Source: Felis catus (Eukaryota). Taken from it: a stretch of 64,000 nt of DNA. The position numbers were made by a program, and so were the translations under genes. Under the pieces are notes generated by a model. The model worked only from the letters and a program-made list of their open reading frames with translations, did not search any database and was not told the DNA's origin. The DNA lies in the NCBI RefSeq assembly GCF_018350175.1, contig NC_058368.1:60204001-60268000 (forward strand), in the 5' to 3' direction. Shown here piece after piece: positions 1-12,635 of this stretch (positions are counted from its first letter, which is position 1; each line of letters starts with the position of its first letter).

Positions 1-101
1 AGCAGGTCAAAAAATAAATAGGATTTGTTGTCTAACAGCAGGGAGAATTTGTGCTACACTCTGGCTGATGTTCCCTGATGTATGAGCAGATATAATTTCC
101 C

Positions 102-102
<1 letters not shown>

Positions 103-144
<42 letters not shown>
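103..144. repeat. (GT)n microsatellite
   Basis: Uninterrupted GT dinucleotide run. Confidence 0.98.
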
Positions 145-147
<3 letters not shown>

Positions 148-1359
148 CTTTTCTCCACCAGTAAGAATTAAGCCATAGTTGTCCTTATTCATAATAGTTC
201 TACAGGACTGGGATTTCTTGAGGTTTGCAATTAAAAGTGTGACAGGAGATATAATTTGAATAGAAAAAATAACTTTTATTTTCATGTGTGTGTATGCATA
301 TGCATATAGTTTTTATTTTCTTAAAAGTCAAATAATTCAAAGTTGTACTTAATCCAAGCTCATTATAATTATTTCTATATCTGTCTTGCATGCTAAAGAA
401 ACAATTTAAATTTCCATTCTTATTTCTAATATCTCATGAAGTAAAAAAATAATAATAATTCAGATTGCTCTAAATGACTTTGACTTTTTCATAATGTGAA
501 TATCTTGTATGTATGTTCAATTACCTTATTTTGCATAAATATGACATAATTAAACTTTATTGCTTATAATTTACACCATGATTAATCATAGCTGAAAGGC
601 CATGCTTGCATTCCACACAGTGCTTTAAAATAAAATGCCTTTCCAAATGAACAAATGTTCAGTATTAATAATTGCATTTGGAAGTGCTTTTATCCAAAAC
701 TACTTGTATGATTATTCTAGAAATAGTCAACGTCAGAAAGTGGCGTTTTAATGGATAAATTACTTTCTATAATAGCAAACCATTTACTTAGTGGAATAGA
801 GAAGATTTGGGAAAGTAACTCCCCATCAATAAGTACAACTTTTGCATGTAAATTTGTATATTACTGAAAAAAAACCTTGCCATGTTTTTTCCTTTTAAAT
901 AATTGACCGCTTTAGTTTTATATCTCAACATTTTTAAAACATGAAAGTATTTATTAGCAAACAGCTGCACATCTGACGCACTTAAACATAAGTAAATAAT
1001 GTGGATCATGATCACATTTCATTGAAGTATAAATTTGTCATTTGGCAATTTATCTATCCATTATGAAAAAGATACCAAAATAAAATAATGTTATTAATGA
1101 AACATTTTTTTTGTTTTTTTTTTTTCTGGAATATATGAAAAAATCTGTAGCATACTCGGTTTTAAAGGTATCATGATGTTCATCAAAACGCAAATTTACT
1201 TTCTGTAGGCAAGCGGTCAGCTTGCGGTTGCTGCTAAGGAAAGACAAACCTCGGGGAGATGACCAAGCCCTCTCTACCACCGCTTCCGGCACTGACCCTA
1301 GTTTGCAGATAGCAGGACCTCAGGCTAAATCAGCACTGCCCTACTCTCCTATAGTAAGC

Positions 1360-1900
1360 TAAGGAGGGTAGAGTCAGGAAAACACACACACACTAATTAT
1401 TAAACAAAGATAATTGAGTATTGGTGATTGGCTAAACATAACAGAGAATTGAAAGGAAAAAGGAACACTGAAGTATCTGCAGGTTACCCTGGGGCTGTGG
1501 AAAAGGAAGGATCTGCATGGCCAGATCTAGAACTGGGGAGGAAGGGCCCTGGGACATAGGATTGGGACCCAGACCTCTGATAAGAGCAGCTGGGTGGTGC
1601 TGGTGCCTCTGAAGGGATGTGATGATGAGAGGCCTGGCAGGGCACCAGGAAGCTGAGCCTGGAACCAGTGGCCACTTCCAAGGTAAAAGATTATTGCTAT
1701 GGCGACACTGATAAAAACCCAAAGCATAAAGGGAGGGGGCCTGCCTTGTCCCCTCCTCCTCTCTTCTAGTCACCATCTATTGTTCCTACTTCAAACCCTG
1801 AGGAAGAACCAGCAGACAAAGGAGGTGTCAGCCTACTGGCCCCAGCCTAGTATCAGAAGGGAACATTTAAAAGGGTAGGTTTGAAAGAAAGAGGGGTCAC
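1360..1900 (-). mobile_element. Old ERVL-type LTR fragment (LTR33/LTR41-like, family uncertain)
   Basis: GC-richer block resembling the antisense of ancient ERVL LTRs; recognised from memory only. Confidence 0.35.
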
Positions 1901-2174
1901 TTAATTAGCTCTATTTGTACCTTCCACGAAAATAGATCACCAGAGGGAGTTCCATGCTATAGTCTCAATGTTATATATTTTTGGAAGTGGGAAAGGATTT
2001 AAATTGGCTTTCCTAATTCCACTCGCCGCCTTGGGCTGTGGCAAGTCATTTGGCTAAATTGGAATGCACAGACCCAGTTGAATGCCAACAAAGGCAAGCC
2101 TAAAGCAGTGAGTGGATTCATCAGGACATAGTGTCAGCACCACTAGGAGCAAAGGTCAAACAAAGACTGACATC

Positions 2175-2256
2175 TGAAAGAAAGAAAAAAAGAAGGAAGG
2201 GAGGGAGGAAGGGAGGAAGGAAGCAAGAGAGAGAGAGGGAGAAAGAAAGAAGGAAA

Positions 2257-2317
<61 letters not shown>

Positions 2318-2318
2318 A
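2175..2318. repeat. Compound (GGAA/GA/GAAA)n purine microsatellite
   Basis: Direct reading; explains the KERK/FLSF ORFs. Confidence 0.97.
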
Positions 2319-2329
2319 ACATCGGGTGC

Positions 2330-2529
2330 ACAGAGACTAAAACTATCCAATAAGCTGAATGAGCTTGACAGTGGACTCATCCCTAGATCCCACAAAAAGA
2401 AGCTGTAACCCTCTTGACACCTTAATTTCAGTCTTGTAAGACCCAGAGCAGGAAGATACTGAATGAATGTTGTTTTTAAGCCACTAAACTGGTAGTAATT
2501 TGTTAGAGCAGGCATAGAAACCTAATACA
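2330..2529 (+). mobile_element. MaLR MLT1-type LTR, 3' part
   Basis: Typical end: ttgtttttaagccactaaa...gtaatttgttagagcaggcatagaaacctaataca. Confidence 0.8.
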
Positions 2530-3034
2530 AAGGGCCATCAAGGGTGGTACATTTGCCCCAAGCTGGCTTCTTCTTATCACTTTGGAAAGTTCTAAATTTT
2601 GAGAAAAGGAAGAGAAACCTCTACTGTAGCTAGCAGTGCAGTAGGCACCCTTGAATTGCAACCTAGAATGTCCCTTCAGAATGAAAAGCTGAACAAGTCA
2701 GGCCCCACTATGCCTCTCTTCTGGGCATGGGACATTCTCGCACCCAGCAGTGAATCCATTCTAGTAAAAAGAAGACCAGGGATAAAACCTATTTCCCTCT
2801 TACCCTGAAGTGACTATATTCTCTAACTTATGTACACCAGAAACTAACAAACAAATAAAGAGTTGTGTGCTTGCCAGACATCTCTGGGTGGGCTTGCTTG
2901 GGAAGAAAGCTCAGAGTCTATTATTCCTAGACCTACGTAGTACTTTGATAAATAAATCTTCCTTTGAGCACTATGAAAAGGCATTACTTTTGGCCAAGTG
3001 ATAGTAGATATAGTTATTTTTGGGGTCCTGGATT

Positions 3035-3062
3035 TTTTTTAAAAAATTAATGTTTATTTATT

Positions 3063-3112
<50 letters not shown>

Positions 3113-3256
3113 TGGGGGAGGGACAGAAAGAGAAGGAAACACAGAATCCAAAGAGGGCTTCAGTCTCCCAGCTGGTAGCACAGAGACTGATGCGGAGCTT
3201 GAACTCACAAACTGTGAGATCATGACCTGAGCCGAAGTTGGATGCTCAACTGACTA
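3035..3256 (-). mobile_element. Can-SINE (head truncated)
   Basis: T-rich tail, (GA)n, tRNA-derived body gagatcatgacctgagccgaagt. Confidence 0.93.
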
Positions 3257-3456
3257 GATAACTTTATTAGATTGTGATTGATGGTCATCTAATAAATATT
3301 GTATTTGTTAGGAACATTTGATATCTGATATGAACACTGGGTGTAAATCAAGCCCAGTGCAGGCATACAGACCTTCTAGCTAGGCACATTCCATGAACTC
3401 CCACCGACAGGTTTTGTAACTATATTTGAGGTGCATTGCCAGGTACCTGCTATAGT

Positions 3457-3458
<2 letters not shown>

Positions 3459-3490
<32 letters not shown>
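3459..3490. repeat. (CAA)n microsatellite
   Basis: Direct reading. Confidence 0.97.
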
Positions 3491-4117
3491 CTTGTCCAGA
3501 TCATGTAGTTGAAATAAGACAAAAGAAAGTATTTAGTCTTCTCACAAAAGATTTAATAAATGCAGCGGTCTTGTGTGAAACTATTTAATTAAAGTAGACA
3601 TCACTGAAACTTGGATCTCCTCTGTGGAATATCGAAGTTGAAACAGTGAACTAGCCACTGCCACACCAGCAAGGGCTGATGTCATAACTGTGACTGAACA
3701 GACTGCTGCCATTATGGTACCTGGTATGAAGCCACGGGCTTTGCCAGCACTTTTGTGTGTGTGCTCTTCCAAAAAAAGATCAGGATCAATTGGCTTCCAT
3801 GTAGCAAGGCCTGAGATATATCTGGACACTCCTTTCACAAAGTTATTTGAGTTATTCTGCAATATTTCATCAGTGGATCAGACATGTTTTAACACAATAT
3901 GAGCTACTGATAGGTGTTGAAATGTTCCTTTGCATTGAAGATACTGTGTTGGTGACTCCCACTGAGGAAATTGCTCACCCTGCAGTGATTAAAGGTAGTC
4001 GGGCCATGAATGAGGAGGAAATGCAGAGCTCTGATGTACCAATGTCTCCTATTGTGACTTGAACATGGCATATCCTACTAGGGGCCAACCCAGATCCCTA
4101 AGGCCTTGGTCAGTTTT

Positions 4118-4341
4118 TTTTCTTCTTGTTGTTGTTTTTAATGTTTTATTTATTTTTAAGACAGAGAGAGACAGAACATGAGTGGGGATGGGGCAGAAAG
4201 AGAGGGAGACAGAATCTGAAGCAGGCTCCAGGCTCTGAGCTGTCAGCACAGAGCCCGACGCGGGGCTCGAACTCACGAACTGTGAGATCATGATCTGGGC
4301 CAAAGTCGGACACTCAACCGACTGACCCACCCGGGCGCCCC
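4118..4341 (-). mobile_element. Can-SINE, full length
   Basis: Complete body; TSD ggccttggtcagtttt at 4102-4117 and 4344-4359. Confidence 0.97.
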
Positions 4342-5559
4342 ATGGCCTTGGTCAGTTTTAACAAGAGGTGGCAATGCACTCATGAGTCACAGAACTCGTA
4401 TCACTCACCGCATTACCTAAACTAGTGGTAGGAAAGGTATGAAACTTGTCACCTATCCAGGGGAATGCTATGGCAATTTGCCATGAAGATAATAAATATC
4501 TGATTGTACATAACACTGGATACTCTTCTTGATGGGTGAAAATTTAGATCCAGGTCTTGGATGTGAAAAATGCTATCTTGAGAATTGGCGAAATACATAT
4601 TTACATAGATGCATGGATCGTCACTATTAATGGCTTTGGCTCTCTGATGAGGCCATTGGACACCACAACAGTGGTGAGTAAATACATAGTGATAAAATGT
4701 ACATATAACTTACACTCCCCCTCACTTGCTCTCATTCTTACTCCATCTCTTTGTCTATCCATCTATATCAATATTCTATTCCTTTACCTACCTACCTACC
4801 CCCCCCCATCTATCCATCTATCTAACTAACAAACTAACTTGTATTCTCACACAAAGAGCAACCCCATTTAAAGGAAAGTGGTGTGAATCAGCATATGTCC
4901 TCATCATTTCTACTATAGGTTGGTGAATTTGTGCTCAACATCATTACAGTAATTGAGTTATCACAAAGAACTATAAAATTTGTCCTATTTGTCACCCGGG
5001 TATACCAGGGTCTATGCAGAGGAATTCTACAGGAACCGTTTTCAGCTCTTTGTTAGTTATACACACTCATTCCCACTCTACCTGGTCTGAGTTCCCAGGT
5101 GTCAGGGGTATGGAATTATAAGATATTTAGAAGGTAAAGTGAACCTTCCCTTTTGTTCCTTTTTCATGCCAAATTTTAATCCCTAATAGTCTAATTTTTA
5201 TAACAGATCCTGACACAATCAGTACTTCATAAGATCTGGGAACAAGCCAGGACTTCTTCCTAATGCACTGGTGGCATTCTTCTCTATCAAAGAGCTACCA
5301 GATACATGCATACTTGACTACGCTCTCAAACAACACCCAACCTGTATGCCCATCAAAGGAAGTATCAACCCTAGACAGATATTGATGTTATCTTGAGCTA
5401 AACTGTGGTGCTCTGTGCCCCCAGGGCTTGTTTTCTTCTATAGATGGCAGACAATTCCCTGCCTCTCCTTTGAGTCTGAATGAGATTAATGCTGTGGAAA
5501 AAATGGTAAAATCTTTTTGACACTGACCAAAAGACCGAGCAGTTAGTAATGCATCTCCT

Positions 5560-6060
5560 TTCACTCTCTGTTGCTAGCACTGTGGCCTCCCTGGAGCTGT
5601 CAGGGACACAGGCTTTCGCAATGCAATCATTCCTCATTTGGTAGGTAGTTATAAAAGCCCAGTGTGTGATCTGAGATTCAAGGGACACCCCGTGGGAAGT
5701 TTGCTGATCAGACAGCCTGGTTCTTTATTGAGAAGCAGACAAGCATTAGTTCTTTGTCCAGATTGTATTAGCCCTGGACTCTTTATGGCTCTCCAGGAAA
5801 GAGTATCTGAAGTGTCCAAATATTTATACTACTTTTCAGTCAATACCTTAGCCTAAATTGAGCTCTCAATGCAATCTCTGGAGGAGCAGTTCAGATGACT
5901 CCAGATATTCCAATCTTAGCCTTGGTGTGGTAGATTTTATAATATGTTTGCGATCTATCAGATCATGCATTAACTCCTTCAGCCATCCCAGCAGATGTTG
6001 AAGCTCCTGTGAAAGTCCAAGTGACTATGGTTTAAGACTGGCTTACATTTAAAGGAAAAT
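5560..6060 (+). mobile_element. Possible degraded retroviral env (SU/TM junction) remnant
   Basis: RFKG (one base from RFKR furin site, 5674-5685), then SPGLFMALQERVSEVSKYL...IELSMQSL heptad-like stretch, then SCINSFS; downstream of and co-oriented with the pol remnant; no clear ISD or CX6CC. Confidence 0.4.
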
Positions 6061-6367
6061 GTCTGGACTGAATCAGCATATATACCCATATTTAATTCTC
6101 AGACTGCACTTAGCTTGTATTTCATAAGAATTTAAGAACTGGCCAGAGAGTAGAGTAGAAAAGTCCTTGGGATGAATGGTTCTGCACCTTCATTCCCCTT
6201 CCCTTCCCATGTAGTCTGACACAGAGATGCTTACCTTCATGGAACTAGATTTTAGATTAACAACTAGAATTCTGGCTGATATCAACAAGAGTGATACAAA
6301 TCTTTTCTGCTGAGCTATGGATTTGTTTTCTAGGTCTGAGTTCTTTTGGCATATCTCTTGTTAAAAA

Positions 6368-6375
<8 letters not shown>

Positions 6376-6422
<47 letters not shown>
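6376..6422. repeat. (TA)n microsatellite after an A run
   Basis: Direct reading. Confidence 0.97.
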
Positions 6423-6424
<2 letters not shown>

Positions 6425-6917
6425 GTTCCCTACTCTATTTTAGGATAGTCTACACCTATAGCGAGCTATTCCCAGGTAGGATATCCTGTAGTAGAATGAG
6501 TCTGCTGTTCCAAGAAGTATGTAGCTCAAGGGACACTGTGTGCTCACATTGTCTATGAGTTTTTAACCACTTTGTCATAAGTGTAATAACTTATGTAATA
6601 ACAATTATACAAAATCTCCATGATTGTGAGGAAGGACGTGGGAGCATATTCTCATTTTCCATTTAGATTATGAGTACCTTGAATTCTAAAGTAGAATTTT
6701 ATATCTCCTGTAATCTAGAAATATTCATGCATAAACTGTTTGTAATAGGTATTTCTGGATGAAAATTCTAAATTCATGAGTCATTTACTTAAATTTTCAA
6801 AAAATTAAATCTTGTCTCTACAACCTGATTGTATGTACTATTGAAACAGAGACATTATTTACATCTTAATAATTTTCTGGAATCAACTACCTCAGCTTTA
6901 AAGATAGTGGATAATAA

Positions 6918-7113
6918 GGGTGACTGGGTGGCTCAGTCGGTTAAGCATCCAGCTCTTGATTTCAGCTCAGGTTGTGATCTAAGGGTTTGTGAGCTTGAGC
7001 CCTGCATCGAGCTCTGAGCTGAGTGCAAGCCTGCTTGGGATTCTCTCTCTTGTCTCTCTCTCTTCCCTCCCCTCTACCTCTTTCTCCAAAAATAAACTTT
7101 AAAAAAATAAATA
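6918..7113 (+). mobile_element. Can-SINE
   Basis: gggtgactgggtggctcagtcggttaagc head, CT tract, A tail; degenerate TSD aaagatagtggataataa / aaagctagtagataataa. Confidence 0.95.
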
Positions 7114-7619
7114 AAGCTAGTAGATAATAAATTTATGTTTGTTGAAAGGTTCATGGGTTTACCTGTATATTGAACATGTTAAATATATTAATAGAGTTCT
7201 ATTATTCTGAGCAATGTATTTATTTGGGGATATATGACATATATCCCTCACACGTACATATATGCAATATATATATATATTCCTTATACAGACAAATGGA
7301 ATGTACATTGATAATGCAATAAAAAAATCTCTCATATCACTCATTCAGAGTCTCTGTATCCTTTCTTATTACCATACTTTCTGCTTGTGTCCAGAAATTC
7401 CAGAATAAACTATATATTCTACCCATAAATATTATTTTATCCAAATAGTAGCATATAGGCACATTTTCTGCATTTTTCCCACTTATTACTGACATATAGC
7501 TTTCATTCCATAGGAGTACATATAAAGGTTCAAGTTGCTTCACTCTACTTTTAGTAGGTATGTAATATCTATTTTGTATATCTCGTGAGTGTTTGTGTAT
7601 ACGTGGAAGTGAATTAAAT

Positions 7620-8480
7620 AGACAAAATTCCCACTACCATGAAACTAGCAATCTAGTTAGGAGAGACAGTCATCTAATAAATACACAATAACAAATATAT
7701 AGTATATTTGATAGTAGTAAGTTATATTCAGACAGAAACGGAAAGGTAAAAGGAGTGTTAAGATATGGTGGGGGAGGGAGTGGGTTTGTTAGTTTCCACC
7801 AAAGAACTACTAAAGGTTTCAGTGAGAAGATGACATTTGGAAGAGGTTCAAAAGGGATGAAGAAGTGAGCTGTGTTGCTTTCGAAAGGCTTGCACCTTGA
7901 AGAACGAGAAGCGCAGGTATGAAGTGCTGAAAATGTCCCAGCTGCAGCTAGGAGAGGGGAATAGCTGGGACACAGTGCAGGAGAGGATTCTGGTAGGTCA
8001 AGTCTAAGAATATACTGGAACCAGCTCAATTATCAGTTATTGGCTTTTCCACTGAGAAATAAGAGTAGTAATGGAGTCTTGAGTAGGTTTACATTAGAAA
8101 AATATCCTGATCTTACTTCACATTCACAGGGACACTGTGCATTCTATGTTAAGAAAAGGTAACTTAAGGGTGAGGAAAGAAGCAGAGAGAGTAGGTGGAA
8201 AGCAACTTTAGAACTCCCAGAAGAGAAATGGTGGTGGCTTGATAGAGTGCTATCAGTAGAGATAGGGATAATTGGTCATTATCTGTATGTATTTTGCAAC
8301 TAAAACCAACAAGAAGTAATGATGGATGGGATGTGGTAAGTGAGAAGTAAAACAAGAGTCAAGGAAGATCCCACAATTTCCATCCAAAGTAATGGGAAGG
8401 AAGGAATTGTGAGGGAGATAAGAAGCTCTATTTAGGGTCTATGAAGTTTAATATGACTATCAGTTACTCATATAAACTAG
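7620..8480 (-). mobile_element. L2 LINE fragment
   Basis: Purine-rich antisense L2 pattern (gagaagatgacatttggaagagg; aatggtggtggcttgatagag; gagtcaaggaaga). Confidence 0.7.
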
Positions 8481-9469
8481 GGAAAAATGGTAGTGAAAGC
8501 ATGAGTGTGGTAAGAAAGAATACATACAAAGTGAATAGAGTAAGTCAGGTGTGGTTTGAGGCATAGCAGAAGGAATGACTAAAAAGAAAAGAGTGATTGG
8601 AAAGGAAGATTGGAAAGGAAATGGAGATTATTGGGGTTTACAGTTATCGGTTTGACTAAGTTACTACAGTTACAGTTTGATTAAGTCATCACTGTGGTTG
8701 CTGGTATTTGTGTCAAGTGTAACATCAATGGAGGAGATGAGTCTAAAAACTGGAAGAGAGGCCATTTGAGAAATCATTTTGAAATCAATAAAACGTATGA
8801 AATAATTAATACAAAATTTAAAATTTAGTTGAATAATACAGCCCTAACTATAGTTTACAATGCAATTGATATAGAGAAAGAATATAGTTGTGTATTGAAT
8901 TCTAAATGTAGTTAAGAGGGCAAAAATACTGTAGTTTTCAAAGTAGTGTTTTCTGAAAATTAAAGTATAAGGATGGCTTACTTATTTTTTTTTTATTTTT
9001 TCCCCTTTCAAGATGTCATTTTCACATTTTGGCATTATGCAAGCACATACTTGTCTTTCTATCTGAAGAGCAGCAGTTCTGATTTCTTCATGGTAATCAA
9101 CCATGGTCTTGCAGTAGCTGAGATTTTTTTAAGTTGTTCAAATGAGGCCTTTTGCTTTTACTATGTCCATCAGTTAACACAGCATCCCGCCTTTAAGGAC
9201 TGCTTCCATCAAAGGGCAGTTTAATAATAGCCGTAATATTTTCATTACCCAAACTTTTATGCATCATTCATTTTACCCCTTTTCTTATTATATTTTAAAT
9301 ACTCTAATTAAACTCCTCTGTAGTGATCATTTAAATGCGTCCTATTTATACACGTGCATACACATACGAACACGCACACAAAAGTTGTGCCCACCCACAC
9401 CACCCTTCTCCAGTTTTAATATGTTCCTTTATGATAAGGATCCTATCCATTTTTATCAAATTATACAAT

Positions 9470-10060
9470 ACAGTTTCCTATTGCAGCTGTGACAAATTAA
9501 CACATTCTTAGAGGCTTAAAACAACACATATTTATTACCTCACAGTTCTGTAACATAGAAGTCCTGTTTGGCTCATTGGTTCTGTTGGTTTCTCCCCTTA
9601 AGGTTGTAAAAGAGGAAAACTGGAACAAAGTGTCAATATCTGCCCACTGGGCTCTTAATAGGAGACTCTCGAAAGAATCTGACTCCATTGACTCCTATTA
9701 TTGCCAAAATCCAGTGCCTTAAAGGGTATTACTGAGATCTCCATTATTTGGCTGGCTGTCGGGGGTGGGGGGAGGTTACCCTCTGCTCTTGGATGCCTTT
9801 CTGGTCATTGCATGTGGTCCTCTACAGTTGGAATATTTATGAATTCCACATTTGCTGTATTTCTTCTGCCCCAAGTTGGAGAAAGTTCTCTGGCCTCTGA
9901 TTAGATTGGGCCCACCTGGATAACCCAGAACAAGCTCTCTATTTTTAGATTTATAACCCAAATTACCTCCACAAAGTCCCTTTTGTGATGTAATGTCATA
10001 TATTTTCAGGTTCCAGGGATTAAGATATGGACATCTTTGGGGACCATACCCTTCAGAACA
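9470..10060 (-). mobile_element. MaLR MLT1-type LTR
   Basis: tttcctattgcagctgtgacaaattaac...ggcttaaaacaacacatatttattacctcacagttctg...ggttccagggattaagatatggacatctttgggg. Confidence 0.88.
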
Positions 10061-10181
10061 GCTTTCAGCTTCATCTTTGGTATTTCATGTTTGATTAGCA
10101 ACTTCTGCACTCTTCACCAACTCCATTGTGAAAGCCGTCGTGATTAGCTTGAATCTAACTAAACTTTGAAATGCCCACCTT

Positions 10182-10256
10182 TCTATCTATATCTATATCT
10201 ATATCTATATCTATATCTATATCTATATATCTATCTATCACCTATCTATCTATATA
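10182..10256. repeat. (CTATAT)n/(CTAT)n microsatellite
   Basis: Direct reading. Confidence 0.95.
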
Positions 10257-10877
10257 TTTCTCTTCCTTTCCAAGTCTTCATGCTATTAACCTCTTCTCTG
10301 TCTATTCCTGTACTGCTCACCCTAATAATTTTCATTGGCTATAGGAATTGTGCCTTCTTATAAAACATTTACTCTTCAAAATATACAATGAAGTCCAGAA
10401 TCCACATTTGCCTATTACCACTTTTTTTAAAATATATTTTATATTTTATATTGTCAAATTGGCCTATTTCCCTTTCATGGAGGCAGGACATTTAATCCCA
10501 TCTTGATTCAGTTAAGAGAAGATCTACACTTGAAATACTTTCTAGCTATGCACACTATCATCCTTTTAAGTCAGTGATCCTGTAGACATTCTCTGTGCCA
10601 AACACTCTCAATACTTTGGGTAACATCATGACTTTTTTTCAATTCTAAACTAAATACATTCACATTTCCTTAACTGCTTTCCAAAGTGTGATTTACAGAA
10701 AAGTTGCAGAATGTGGCACCAGATGTGTGGGACCCAGAGAAGGATTATAGACCAAACTGCTCTGCATGTGGGACCTGGGGGCAAACAGCAGATCCCTCCA
10801 TGCTTTTAAGAAGGCCTCCCACAGAGGTCACTGTGAGGACTACATTAGAAATACACATTAAGAAAACTTTACAACCT

Positions 10878-11098
10878 GGGGCGCCTGGGTGGCTCAGGTG
10901 GTTGAGTGTCTGACTTTGGCTCAGGTCATGATCTTGCACTTCCTGAGTTAGAGCCACGTGTCGGGCTCTGTGCTGACAGCTCGGAGCCTGGAGCCTGCTT
11001 CAGATTCTGTGTCTCCCTTTCTCTCTGTCCCTCCCCTGCTCACGCTCTATCTCTGTCTCTTAAAAATATATAAACGTTGAAAAAAATTAAAAAAAAAA
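10878..11098 (+). mobile_element. Can-SINE, full length
   Basis: ggggcgcctgggtggctcag head; TSD aaactttacaacct on both sides. Confidence 0.97.
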
Positions 11099-11309
11099 GG
11101 AAACTTTACAACCTAAAAATTACAAGAGCCTTTTCAATAGTTACATTACCTCTTTACTAGAAATCCTAAACCCAGATTCTATCCAGTTTGACAGACTGAA
11201 AATGAGAATAACTATTTTTTCAATTATAGATAACCCATATTTTAAAAAATATTTAGACAACAAAGACAAGTAGTATGAACATGACACAACCATCCTTAAT
11301 ATTTTGATG

Positions 11310-11490
11310 AGTATACATGTATATAGATATACATGTTTACGCACATGCATGTATATATGAATATATGAATATGTATATACTCATGAATATATGTGTTTAT
11401 ATATGCATATACACACATACATGTATACATAGGTAGGTATATATTTATATTATATATTCAAATGTGCACATACATATACACATAGCATGC
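11310..11490. repeat. Degenerate alternating purine-pyrimidine (TA/CA/TG) tract
   Basis: Direct reading. Confidence 0.8.
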
Positions 11491-11654
11491 ATATTTTATT
11501 TTCATTTAGCATGATGTATAATTTTTAAAATTAATAGCTATTGTGGCAATATTCTTTAGCAATACGTTCTGAGACAAGTTGCTGTACTTATTGGCTGAAG
11601 CCTCATGCCTGCCTGTAACTATTTTGTAGAAATGCACTTTCAGGGGCAATGTAT

Positions 11655-11863
11655 ATTTTATTTTTAAAAATGTTTTTATTTACTTTTGAGAGAGAAAGAG
11701 TGGGAGAGAGGGGAGGAGGGGCAGAGAGAGAGGGAGGCAGAGGCTCTGAATCAGACTCCACACTGACAGCAGAGAACCCAGTGCTAGGCTCCGTGTCAGA
11801 AATGTGAGACCATGACCTGATCCAAAGCTGGACACTTAACTGACTGAGCCATCCAGGTGCCCC
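11655..11863 (-). mobile_element. Can-SINE
   Basis: Antisense body ending ctgagccatccaggtgcccc. Confidence 0.93.
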
Positions 11864-12299
11864 TGTACACTTTAAAGCTGTAAATTAATTCCTAACATCT
11901 TTTTGATGATCTCACTTCAGGAGTCGAGGAAAGAAGATATTATTTTAGTTTGTTTATTAACTGTGAGACCTCCAAGTGGGAAAAGGCAGCATATTTCTAA
12001 AAGGACCAAGTGTCATGAGCACAAGAATGTTGAAGTCTTTAGTGTGGTTAAATATTATCTCATCACATTCCTCAATTATAAGTACACCCTTAGTTATAAT
12101 TAGCAGATCTTCTGAGTAAAGAAACCAATAGAAATCATTCTCCATTTAAAAAATAATTTATCTTACATGAAAAAAAATAATCATGAAAGAAAATTTACTA
12201 ATTACCAAATTCATCCAAAAAGGTAGTAAAAGAATATTAGTGAAAATCCTATCCCTATAAAATTACCACTACAACAATTTGGTGACTTTAATTTCAGAT

Positions 12300-12635
12300 T
12301 CTCTCTCCCTCCCTTCCTCCCTTCCTCCCTTTCTCCATCTCCCTCCCTCCCCCCCCCTCTCTTTCTCTCTCTTTCTCTCTCTCTTCCTATCAAGTTAGCT
12401 TCTGTTGTCACATTTCTATGTCTGTCTCTGACTCTCCTATTTCCCCTCTGTAAGGACCCTTGTGATACCTTAGGCCAGCCATGTAATTCGGAACCTTTCC
12501 ATCCCCAGATCCTTAACTGAATTATTAATCACTGTTTCAACATCCTTTTAGCCATATGAGGTAAAATATTCACAGGGTTTGGGGATTAGGATGTGAGCAT
12601 ATTGAGAGGGCCATCATCATTCTCTCTAGCACAGG
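12300..12635 (-). mobile_element. CT-rich tract followed by MLT1-type LTR fragment
   Basis: taaggacccttgtgat...ccttttagccatatgaggtaaaatattcacagggtttggggattaggatgtg. Confidence 0.75.

Larger units (their letters stand above)
2600..4690 (+). mobile_element. Decayed class III (ERV-L-like) endogenous retrovirus pro-pol, interrupted by two SINEs
   Basis: Translated remnants in the expected order: GLLGKKAQ (protease GLLDTG-like), TKDLINAAVL, WISSVEYRS*N, GTWYEATGFAST, DQLASM*QGLRYIWTLLSQSYLSYSAIFH ([27 protein letters not shown]), FLCIEDTVLVTPTEE (HYIDDIMLVGPSEQE), IHIYIDAWIVTING (RNase H [11 protein letters not shown]); many stops and frameshifts. Confidence 0.88.
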
